A DNA stretch of 28,593 nt, from the NCBI GenBank assembly GCA_035463515.1, contig DATHTG010000463.1, positions 1 to 28,593 of the forward strand, given 5' to 3'. Under the pieces are notes generated by a model that saw only the letters and a list, made by a program, of their open reading frames with translations, made no database searches and was not told the origin of the DNA. Both the position numbers and the translations under genes were made by a program. Every line of letters begins with the position of its first letter. Positions within the stretch are counted from its first letter, which is position 1. This DNA is from Candidatus Limnocylindrales bacterium. Lineage in GTDB: Bacteria > Chloroflexota > Limnocylindria > Limnocylindrales > CSP1-4. This document shows positions 16,370 to 25,300 of the stretch, piece after piece.

Positions 16370-18178
16370 ATGGCAGCGACCCGCCGACGGGATGGACACC
16401 AGGTGTACGCGCCGATCCGGGATCATGCAGCGATCGGGGACGGCCGGACCGTCGCCCTGATCACACGCGACGGCACGATCGACTGGCTGTGTCTGCCTGA
16501 CCTCGACTCTCCGAGCGTCTTCGGCTCGCTGTTGGACGCGCGCACCGGCGGAAGCTTCGTCCTCGCACCCAACGTCCCGTTCGAGGTACGCCGTCGGTAC
16601 GCGCCGTCGACGAACGTGCTCGAGACGACGTTCGAGACGGCAACAGGCTCGGTGCGCGTGCTCGATGCGATGACGTTGCCTGACGACGATGGCCTCGCAC
16701 CGACGCGTGAGCTGTGCCGTCGCGTGGAAGCGATCTCGGGGCGCGTTCCGATGCGGTGGCGGGTCGAGCCGAGGTTCGGCTACGGCGCCGCACGTTCGAC
16801 GATCGGCGAGCGGAGCGGCATCCCGGTGGCGACCTCAGGGAACCTCGCGATCGCGGTGCACGCGTGGGACGCGGGGACGCCCGCGATCACCGGCGGGACG
16901 ATCGGTGCGACATTCACCGCGACCACGGAAGCGCCCGCGACGATCGCGATGTCGGTGGCGGCGCAGGAACCGCTCGTCTTCCCGACGCGTGACGACGTTG
17001 AGCGACGCCTCGATGGCACGATCGCGTACTGGCGCGCGTTCGTCCGCGGGAGCTCCTTCCCGATGGCTTGGCGCGACGCCGTCGAGCGAAGCGCGCTCAC
17101 CCTCAAGCTGCTCGTCTTCGCGCCGTCGGGTGCCCTCGCCGCTGCGGCGACGACGTCGCTGCCGGAGTCGCTCGGCGGCGAACGGAACTGGGACTATCGC
17201 TTCTGCTGGGTCCGCGACGCCGCCTTCACGCTCTCGGCGTTGTTCCGTCTCGGCGACGTACGCGAAGCGGAGTCGTTCTTCTGGTGGCTGATGCACGCGT
17301 CGCAGCGATCGCATCCTTCGCTCGACGTCCTCTACGCGCTGGACGGCGGCTTGGGGAGCCGCGAGCGCACGCTGTCGCTCGAGGGGTACGCGGGATCACG
17401 TCCGGTGCGGATCGGGAACGCTGCCGCGGAGCAGATGCAGCTGGACGTCTACGGCGAGCTGCTCCACGCAGCATCGACCTACGTGTCCGCGAGGCACCGT
17501 CTCGACGCCGACATCGCGCGGCGTCTCGCGGGGATCGCCGATCTCGTCTGCGATCGGTGGGGGCGTCCGGACGCCGGCATCTGGGAGGTCCGCAGCACCG
17601 AACGGCACTTTACTCACTCCAAGATGATGTGCTGGATCGGACTCGACCGAGCGATCCAGATGGCGAGCGACGGCCACATCAGCGGGAACGTCGAGCGATG
17701 GACCGCGGAGCGGGACGCGATCGCCTCGTTCGTGGAGTCGCGCTGTTGGTCCGACGCGCGAGGAACGTACATGCGCGCGGCCGACGGTGAGGACCTCGAC
17801 GCTGCGGTCCTCCTCGGAGGGCTGATGGGCTACCGACCTGCGACGGATCGGCGCATGCGGCAGACCATCGACACGGTCGCGCGAGAGCTCCGCGACGGCT
17901 CAAGCATGCATCGGTACACCGGCGAGGACGGACTCAGCGGCGGCGAGGGCGCGTTCCTCGCATGCTCGTTCTGGCTCGTCGAAGCGCTCGCGCGGTCCGG
18001 ACAGGTGAACCGTGCATCCGCCTTGATGTTTGAGCTCTCGTCCCTCGCGAACGACGTAGGCCTGTACGCCGAAGAGATCGATCCGGATACGGGCGCGTTC
18101 CTGGGCAACTTCCCGCAGGCCTTGACGCACCTCGCCCTGATCGGCGCGGCCGTCGCGCTCGACGAGGAGGCAGCATGA
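16370..18178 (+). CDS. Glycoside hydrolase family 15 (trehalase/glucoamylase-like), copy 2
   Basis: YAPIRDHAAIGDGRT, IDWLCLPDLDS, TTSLPE..GGERNWDYRFCWVRDA, GIWEVR, LYAEE, GNFPQALTH. Start placed at ATG 16370. Confidence 0.92.
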   Translation: MAATRRRDGHQVYAPIRDHAAIGDGRTVALITRDGTIDWLCLPDLDSPSVFGSLLDARTGGSFVLAPNVPFEVRRRYAPSTNVLETTFETATGSVRVLDAMTLPDDDGLAPTRELCRRVEAISGRVPMRWRVEPRFGYGAARSTIGERSGIPVATSGNLAIAVHAWDAGTPAITGGTIGATFTATTEAPATIAMSVAAQEPLVFPTRDDVERRLDGTIAYWRAFVRGSSFPMAWRDAVERSALTLKLLVFAPSGALAAAATTSLPESLGGERNWDYRFCWVRDAAFTLSALFRLGDVREAESFFWWLMHASQRSHPSLDVLYALDGGLGSRERTLSLEGYAGSRPVRIGNAAAEQMQLDVYGELLHAASTYVSARHRLDADIARRLAGIADLVCDRWGRPDAGIWEVRSTERHFTHSKMMCWIGLDRAIQMASDGHISGNVERWTAERDAIASFVESRCWSDARGTYMRAADGEDLDAAVLLGGLMGYRPATDRRMRQTIDTVARELRDGSSMHRYTGEDGLSGGEGAFLACSFWLVEALARSGQVNRASALMFELSSLANDVGLYAEEIDPDTGAFLGNFPQALTHLALIGAAVALDEEAA

Positions 18179-18663
18179 TGGACCCTTGGGCCGCGGTCGC
18201 AGGGGGTCTAGCCGGCACCGTCGCGCTCACCACGATCCTCCGCGCCGCGACGGAGCTCCGGCTCACGCGAATCGATCTGCCGTTCCTCTTGGGCACCATG
18301 TTCACGTCGTCTCGGCCGCTTGCCAAGGCCGTCGGTTACATGGCGCACTTTGCGTTCGGTCTCATGTTCGCGCTCGGGTACTTCGCCTTGTTCGTATCTC
18401 TTGACACGAGTGGAGCGCTCCTCGGCGCAGCGTTCGGAGTCGCCCATGGTCTATTTGCAGGAACCGCGCTGGTGAACGTGCTCTTGCCGGTGATCCATCC
18501 GCGGATGGGATCAACGCTCGACTCGGCGAGATCAGCGCCGCTCCTCGAAGAGCCGGGCTTCATGATGCTGAACTACGGGCGCACGACGCCCCTGGTGTCG
18601 CTCGTGGCGCACGTCGCGTACGGCGCGATAGTCGGCGCGTTCGTTCAGCACGGTGTTCACTGA
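18175..18663 (+). CDS. Uncharacterised multi-pass membrane protein
   Basis: 162 aa, about 4 hydrophobic segments with intramembrane His residues (MAHF, VAHG, VAHV); ATGA overlap with the GH15 stop. Confidence 0.75.
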   Translation: MMDPWAAVAGGLAGTVALTTILRAATELRLTRIDLPFLLGTMFTSSRPLAKAVGYMAHFAFGLMFALGYFALFVSLDTSGALLGAAFGVAHGLFAGTALVNVLLPVIHPRMGSTLDSARSAPLLEEPGFMMLNYGRTTPLVSLVAHVAYGAIVGAFVQHGVH

Positions 18664-18824
18664 TCGCAGCGTCGCCAGTGGGCCGTCGACACACGGTCAT
18701 GCCAGCCGTCATTCCTGCCTGGGCGGCGGAGGCCATCACGGCCAGGCAGACGGTCCATGCTGACAGCCCCCGGGACCAGGCAGGGGGTCCCTCCTCGCTC
18801 AAGGTGCCCGCATCCAGTGCCTGA

Positions 18825-18848
18825 GTTTGCCGCGTCTTCGCATGGGAA
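18825..18848 (+). promoter_or_regulatory. SigB/SigF-type promoter candidate GTTT-N15-GGGAA upstream of the SRPBCC gene
   Basis: GTTT GCCGCGTCTTCGCAT GGGAA, 28 nt before ATG 18877. Confidence 0.55.
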
Positions 18849-18876
18849 GAACGAAAACAACCGGAGGAGGTTCTGC

Positions 18877-19323
18877 ATGGCGCAAGTGAAGGAGTCGGTT
18901 GAGGTCAAGGTGCCGGTAAGCACCGCCTACAACCAGTGGACGCAGTTCGAAGAGTTTCCCCACTTCATGGGGGGCGTCGAGCAAGTGCAGCAACTCGACG
19001 ACACGCACCTGCACTGGGTAGCTGAGATCGGTGGCAAGCGCGACGAGTGGGACGCCGAGATCACCGAGCAGACGCCGGATCAGCGCGTTGCCTGGAAGGC
19101 GACGAGTGGAAAGGGCAACGCCGGGATCGTCACCTTCGATCCTGTCAGCGACGACACGACGCGCGTCACGGTGCAGATGGACTGGCAGCCCGAAGGCGTG
19201 GTCGAGAACGTCGGAACGGCGCTCGGCTTCGACGACCGCCAAGTCGCGAAGGATCTCGAACGCTTCAAGGAGCTGATCGAGGACCGCGGCCGGGAGTCCG
19301 GGGCTTGGCGGGGACAAGTCTGA
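18877..19323 (+). CDS. SRPBCC/polyketide-cyclase family protein (148 aa)
   Basis: VKESVEVKVPVSTAYNQWTQFEEFPHFMGGVEQV, WDAEITEQTPDQRVAW, DLERFKELIE; GGAGGAGG RBS. Confidence 0.92.
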   Translation: MAQVKESVEVKVPVSTAYNQWTQFEEFPHFMGGVEQVQQLDDTHLHWVAEIGGKRDEWDAEITEQTPDQRVAWKATSGKGNAGIVTFDPVSDDTTRVTVQMDWQPEGVVENVGTALGFDDRQVAKDLERFKELIEDRGRESGAWRGQV

Positions 19324-19692
19324 CCTCCCGTTAGGCGGTCACGCCGAACTCCGCCCTAGGAGCCCTGAGGACGGCCAGCTCTACGTAACCCGGCCGCCTC
19401 CGGGCTCTTCCGTTCAAGCAGCGGGACGAGGCCGAGCCGACATCGACAGGAGTCGGAGGCTGCGGACCTACACCCGTGGGAACCTCCTCGATGCCTCATT
19501 GATCTGACTCCGTTTGACGACGCGTGACGCGTCACGCGATCGTGCACCCGTCACGTCGCGCTGGCACACGTACTTCCATAGGTTGCGAAGTCCAGAGCTC
19601 CCAGGCCTCGCGCCTGAGTGGACCGCTGACGTCAACCTCTGCGAGACTGCGGGTCCTGCCCTAGCAGCGGCCGCAAAGGGGGGTGTTGCGCC

Positions 19693-20487
19693 GTTTCCAT
19701 AACGCTGCAGCGCAACAACGTCCGGGTCAGCGGACTTGTGGATGGTCAGCCGATGCTTTTCGCGCACGGCTTCGGTTGCGACCAGAACATGTGGCGCCAC
19801 GTGTGGCCCGCGTTCGCCGCGGATCACCGGATCGTGCTGTTCGACCACGTCGGCGCTGGCGAGTCAGATCTCACCGCGTACGAGCGCGAGAAGTACGGGT
19901 CACTCGAAGGCTACGCGACCGACATCCTCGAGATCTGCCGAGAGCTCAACGTGACCGACGGCGTCTTCGTCGGTCACTCGGTCGCGGCCATGATGGGTGT
20001 CCTCGCCGCTGCGCGCGAGCCATCCCGTTTCGCGAAGCTCGTCCTGGTCGGGCCCTCGCCTCGCTACGTCGATGATGATGGCTACGTCGGCGGTTTCACC
20101 CGCGATGACATCGACGGCCTCCTGGCGTCGCTCGACAGCAACTACCTCGGATGGTCCGCCGCAACCGCGCCAGCGATCATGGGAACACCCGACCGCCCGG
20201 AGTTGGAACAAGAGCTCACGAACAGCTTCTGTCGCACCGATCCCGACATCGCACGGCACTTCGCGCACGTGACGTTCCTGTCGGACAATCGAGGCGACCT
20301 CGCGAACGTGTCCGTGCCGACGCTCATCCTGCAATGCTCGAACGACGTGATCGCTCCGACGGCCGTGGGTCGCTTCGTCCATCGAGAGATCCCCCGAAGC
20401 ACGTTCGTGCAGCTCCGAGCTACCGGGCACTGCCCGAACCTGAGCGCACCTGATGAGACCGTCGAGGCGATCCGTTCCTTCCTCTAG
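19693..20487 (+). CDS. rsbQ: RsbQ-like alpha/beta hydrolase (sigma-B regulation protein); start codon non-canonical or uncertain
   Basis: LQRNNVRVSG..QPMLFAHGFGCDQNMWR, FDHVGAGESD, GHSV, LDSNYLGWS, SFCRTDP, FLSDNR, GHCP. The first canonical in-frame start is GTG 19738, but homology extends back to about 19693. Confidence 0.9.
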   Translation, partial: VSITLQRNNVRVSGLVDGQPMLFAHGFGCDQNMWRHVWPAFAADHRIVLFDHVGAGESDLTAYEREKYGSLEGYATDILEICRELNVTDGVFVGHSVAAMMGVLAAAREPSRFAKLVLVGPSPRYVDDDGYVGGFTRDDIDGLLASLDSNYLGWSAATAPAIMGTPDRPELEQELTNSFCRTDPDIARHFAHVTFLSDNRGDLANVSVPTLILQCSNDVIAPTAVGRFVHREIPRSTFVQLRATGHCPNLSAPDETVEAIRSFL

Positions 20488-20532
20488 ACCGGCCTCGTGC
20501 ACGGCACGACGGCCAAAGGTCGCCATGGGGCG

Positions 20533-21684
20533 ATGACGGAGGCGTTCGACGAGCTCACGGAGCTCTACGAGGATTCTCCGACGGGCGCCATCTCGTCGCT
20601 CGTGGACGGAACGATCGTCCGCGTGAACCGGACGATACTGCGGTGGCTCGGGTACGCGCGGCACGAGTTCCTCGGCCGTTCTCTCGCCGAGGTGCTCGCC
20701 CCGGGCGACCGTATCTACTACGAGACGCACTACGCACCGCTCCTGCAGATGCAGGGCGAGGTGCGCGGCGTTGCGGTCTCGTTGCTCCGCGCCGACGGCG
20801 TACGTCTTCCCTGCATGATCAGTTCCGTTCTGCGGCCGCCTGCCGGCGATCGGCCGGCGGTGGTCTGGACGACGGTGTTCGACGCCACCGATCGTCGGAA
20901 GTACGAACAGGAGCTTCTTCGGGCACGGGAGGAAGCCCGCGCTGCAGGCGAGCGTGAACGTGCGCTCGCCCGCGCGTTGCAGCAGAGCCTCCTCCCACCC
21001 GAGCCGCCACGGATCCCGGGCCTCGACGTCGGGGCCGCGTACCACCCCGTCGGCCAGGGCCTCGACGTCGGCGGCGACTTCTACGACATCTTCGAGAACC
21101 GGAATGGCGACTGGACGATCATCATCGGCGACGTCGCCGGCAAGGGTGCCGAAGCGGCCGGCGTGACGGCGATCGCGCGGTACACCGCGCGGGGAGCCGC
21201 CGTCAGGCGTGCGCGTCCGAACCATGTGCTCCGGGCGGTCAATGAAGCCGTCCTCCGCGACAGGTCCGACCGCTATTGCACGATGTGCTGCTTGATGCTC
21301 CGCCAACGAACCGGCGAGGACCTCGACGTCACGGTGAGCGCGGGGGGGCATCCATTGCCCCTCCTCGTAAGCTCGGACGGCTCGATCGACGCGGTCGGCC
21401 TTGGCGGTACGATCCTCGGCACGTTCGAAGACGTCGACCTGCACGAGATCCAGGTGGTCCTCCGGCCCGGTGACATGCTCATCGCGCGCACCGACGGGAT
21501 CACGGACGGCCGCCGGGGCGATGAGTTTTTCGGTGAGGAGCGGCTGATCCGGGCCAGCGAGGAGCTGAAGGGCGCTCCCGCGGCAGTCGTCGCGAACGAA
21601 CTCGTGCGCCGGGTCGTCGAGTTCCAAGACGGCTGGCCGCGTGACGACATCGCCGTGGTAGTCGTACGCGTCCCTCCACGCTGA
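20533..21684 (+). CDS. PAS + PP2C/SpoIIE serine phosphatase (RsbP-like)
   Basis: N-terminal PAS (RIYYETHYAPLL.MQG), coiled coil, LQQSLLP, VGGDFYD, IGDVAGKG..AA, GHPLP, TDGITD, DDIAVV. Start is 20533 or 20497. Confidence 0.9.
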   Translation: MTEAFDELTELYEDSPTGAISSLVDGTIVRVNRTILRWLGYARHEFLGRSLAEVLAPGDRIYYETHYAPLLQMQGEVRGVAVSLLRADGVRLPCMISSVLRPPAGDRPAVVWTTVFDATDRRKYEQELLRAREEARAAGERERALARALQQSLLPPEPPRIPGLDVGAAYHPVGQGLDVGGDFYDIFENRNGDWTIIIGDVAGKGAEAAGVTAIARYTARGAAVRRARPNHVLRAVNEAVLRDRSDRYCTMCCLMLRQRTGEDLDVTVSAGGHPLPLLVSSDGSIDAVGLGGTILGTFEDVDLHEIQVVLRPGDMLIARTDGITDGRRGDEFFGEERLIRASEELKGAPAAVVANELVRRVVEFQDGWPRDDIAVVVVRVPPR

Positions 21685-21877
21685 CGATCGGCTGTGCGCG
21701 GCTGGGCTGGTTCGCGACGGTCACGCTCGGACGAAGCAACTGGCGCCCATGAGGAGGGCGCCACTCCACATATAGACGCGCACCCGATCGCCGAGCCCTT
21801 CGACATGATCGATCGCTCGAACGAAGGACGTGTCCGTGCACAACTTCATCGCTGCCGACGGTCGGGAAGGAAAGGAC

Positions 21878-22130
21878 CTAACCGGCGTGCGCCTCGGAAG
21901 GAACCACCCGACGGGGCACCGACGGAGAGACCATCTCCTGGATCCGCCAGCGACCCTTGCCTTGTCGCTTTACCGGTACATCGGCGTATCGGCGTCGCGC
22001 AGGAGGTCGTCGCCGCTCCGCGAACCCGGTGGAGGCTCGACCACGATTCCGATGCTCGCGCCGATCGTGACGTCGTCGGCATGAACGGCATCCTCGCTCG
22101 TCGGTATATCGACCCTTAGTGCGTACACGC
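21878..22130 (-). pseudogene. Truncated, frameshifted GGDEF (diguanylate cyclase) C-terminal remnant
   Basis: Manual translation gives VTIGASIGIVVEPPPGSRSGDDLLRDADTPMYR-TAA(21972-21970), then KRQGKGRW in the shifted frame. Upstream in-frame stops and no GG(D/E)EF motif; the 5' boundary is approximate. Confidence 0.7.
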
Positions 22131-22329
22131 ACACGGTTGCCCTGGATGCGGGTCACGCGTGACACGGTCACGCGTCTGCTCGCCGAGGCGGTCACGGACA
22201 ACGGCATGGCCGACTCCGGCTGCTGAACCGACCACCCTGCCAGCACCGACGACGGCTTGGCGCTCTTTTCCAATCGGCGCGGCACGGCTATGGTCCGAGA
22301 CCGCATGCCAACGATTGGCGCACACCGAT

Positions 22330-25300
22330 ATGGGTGAGCCGGGCGATCCCGTGGACGCGGATACGCAGGTCCGGACGTTTCTGATCGCGGACGTTCGCGG
22401 CTACACCCTCTTCACCCAAGAGCGGGGCGACGAGGCGGCCGCCAAGCTCGCTTCGAAGTTCGCCGACATCGCGCGGGAGACGGTCGAGGCGCGGCGCGGC
22501 ACGCTCCTCGAGCTCCGCGGAGATGAGGCGCTGTGCGTCTTCGCGAGCTCGCGCGATGCGATCCGCGCGTCGATCGACCTTCAGGAGCGGTTCGTTCAGG
22601 AGACCGTCGACCGGCCCGAGCTTCCGCTCACCGTCGGCATCGGGCTCGACGCGGGCGAGGCCGTCCCGGTGCAGGGCGGATACCGGGGCGGTGCGCTGAA
22701 TCTCGCGGCGCGCCTGTGCGGGCACGCTGCGGCGGGTGAGGTACTCGCGACGCGCGAGGTCACGCATCTTGCCCGTCGTCTCGACGGCGTCCGTTACCAG
22801 GAGCGTGGCGCGCTGACGTTCAAGGGCATCAGCGACCCGGTGACGGTCGTCCGCGTCCTGCCCGAAGACGGCGACCCGGCCGAGGTCCTGCGCCCGCACG
22901 TGCGGCGCCCGCCGGTAGCGGCGCGCCCGCGGAGACGATGGGCCGTGCCGGCCGCGGGAGCGGTCATCCTCGCGCTCGTCGCCGTTGCCATCCCCCTGCT
23001 CGACGACGATGAGCGTGCGGCGGCCGTCGACGTGGGTTCGAACTCCGTCGCGATGCTCGATGTCGGTGATGCATCCCTCGACCTCTCGGCCGCGATCGGC
23101 GATAGACCCGGCGCGATGACGGTCGCCTTCGAAAGCGTCTGGGTGACCCAGCCGGACCGCGGCCGCGTCGTCCGCCACGGCCTGGACGGGTCGGTCCGAG
23201 ACACGACCTCCGTCGGAACATCCCCGGCCGGCATCGCCGCCGGCGATGACGAGATCTGGGTGACGGACGCCGCGGATGGAACGATCAGCCGCGTTGACGT
23301 CGAGACGAACGAGGTGAGCCAGACCCTCGCCGCCGGCTCGCGCCCAACGGGCATAGCGAGCGGCGGCGGCGCGCTGTGGGTGGCCGACACGACCGGTGCC
23401 GCGGTCCTGCGCGTCGACCCGTCCGGCACGGAGAACCCCGAATCGATCCCGGTACCCGGCGAACCTTCCGGCGTGGTGTGGACGGAGGGCGGCTTGTGGG
23501 TCTCGTACGCACCCGACGGCATCGCGCGCATCGACCCCGCGACGGGCACGATCACCGATCGACAGAATGTGGGGACAGAGCCGACGGCGATCCTCTCAGC
23601 GCACGGCTCGATCTGGGTGGCGAACCACCTGGACGGTACCGTCTCGCGCATCGATCCCTCGAGCGCGGAGGTCGTGGACGTGATCCCGGTCGGCGACGGT
23701 CCGAGCGCCCTCGCGTCGGCCGGCGGCTCGGTCTGGGTGGCGAACGAGTACGAGGGCACGGTCGTCGAGATCGACGCTGAGACGAACGATGTCGCTCGCA
23801 CCGTCGCCCTTGACGCGTCCGCCGCATCGCTGGCGACCATCGACGAAAGCGTATGGGTCGCGGTCGGCGCCTCGAGCAGAGAGCATCGAGGCGGTATCCT
23901 CCGGATCGCAGCGGGCAAGCCCGATAGCCTCGACCCTGCGGTCGCGTACGACGTGCTCGCCTGGCAACTCCTGACGATCACGAACGACGGCCTCCTCGCG
24001 TACAAGCGCGTCGGAGGTGCCGAGGGCACGACCCTCGTCCCCGACCTCGCGTCGGCGCTTCCCGACGTCTCCCCCGACGGATTGATCTATCGGTTCCCGC
24101 TCCGCGACGGCATCCGCTGGTCCAGCGGCGAGCCGGTCGTTCCGGAGGACTTCCGGTACGGGCTCGAGCGCTCGATCGGCATCAGCGCCGACGCCGCAGG
24201 CATCCTGGGGGCTATCGACGGGGCCGACGCCTGTCATGAGGCCGCATCGGAGTGCGACCTGTCCGAAAGCATCATCCTCGAGGACTCCGCGATCACGATC
24301 CGCCTCGAACGCCCGGACCCCGACTTCCCGTTCAAGCTCGCGATGCCGTTCGCCTACCCGGCACCGTCGACGGTGCCAAGGGAAGACCAGAAGCTCGAGC
24401 CGCTTCCTGCCACCGGGCCGTACATGGTTCTCGAGGCGGGGAGGGAGGGCCTCGAGGTCGTTCGCAACCCCGAGTTCGAGCAATGGTCCGGTGCTGCACA
24501 GCCGGACGGCTTCGTCGACGCGATCTCGTGGAGGTTCAACGTTGGAGCGGATGTGGCGTTCGAGGAGCTCACCACGGGGACCATCGACTGGACGCCAGAC
24601 GCTCAGATCGAAGCTATCGAGTCGCTTCGGGCATCGAGTCCGAGTCAGGTCGTTTCGGCCCCGGATTCATCCATCTTGTTCGTCGCGTTCGACGTGCTGC
24701 AAGCGCCGTTCGACGATGTTCGGGTCAGACGCGCCATCAACTACGCCATCGATCGCGCGCGGGTTGTGGAACTGCTCGGCGGTGTGACACGTCAACGCGC
24801 GACGTGCCAGCTCGTGCCGCCGACCATACCGGGGTTCCAGCCAACGTGCCCCTACACGCTCGCTCCTGAAGGCGGACGGTGGTCAGCGCCGGATCTCGAC
24901 CGCGGGCGGGAGCTGATCCGAGCAGCTGGCAGCGTCGGTGAGCGGGTCACGGTATGGACTCCGCGAGGCAGCGGAGCACCCGACGGAACCTTCGAGGCGA
25001 TGACGCACGTCGCTGACGTGCTCAACGAGCTCGGGATGCGGGCCGAAGTGCGGGCTGTCCGCCCCGAGGCATACTTCGAAACGTACGTGTACGGCACCCG
25101 TGCTGGGACGGCTCAACACCCGGCGATCTTCTTCAGCGGATGGTTGCCCGACTTCCCGACCGCGAGCAACTTCATCGAGCCGCAGTTCGGCTGTGACGGT
25201 TCGGCGAACGCCTTCGGGGTCTGCGACGAGAGGCTCGAGCGGATGATGGACGAGGCAGCGGCTCTGCAGGCGATCGACCTCGGTGCGGCGAACCGCGCGT

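Noticed and set aside
19324-19680. Intergenic region with a GGTCACGC...GCCTCCGG resemblance to c-di-GMP-I riboswitches
   Set aside because: Lacks the paired GCAAA elements and the GNRA tetraloop/receptor arrangement.
19900-21627. 575-aa minus-strand ORF
   Set aside because: Antisense shadow of rsbQ/rsbP.
23030-23880. Periodic repeats of about 120 nt
   Set aside because: They are beta-propeller blade repeats within a CDS, not CRISPR or a DNA repeat array.
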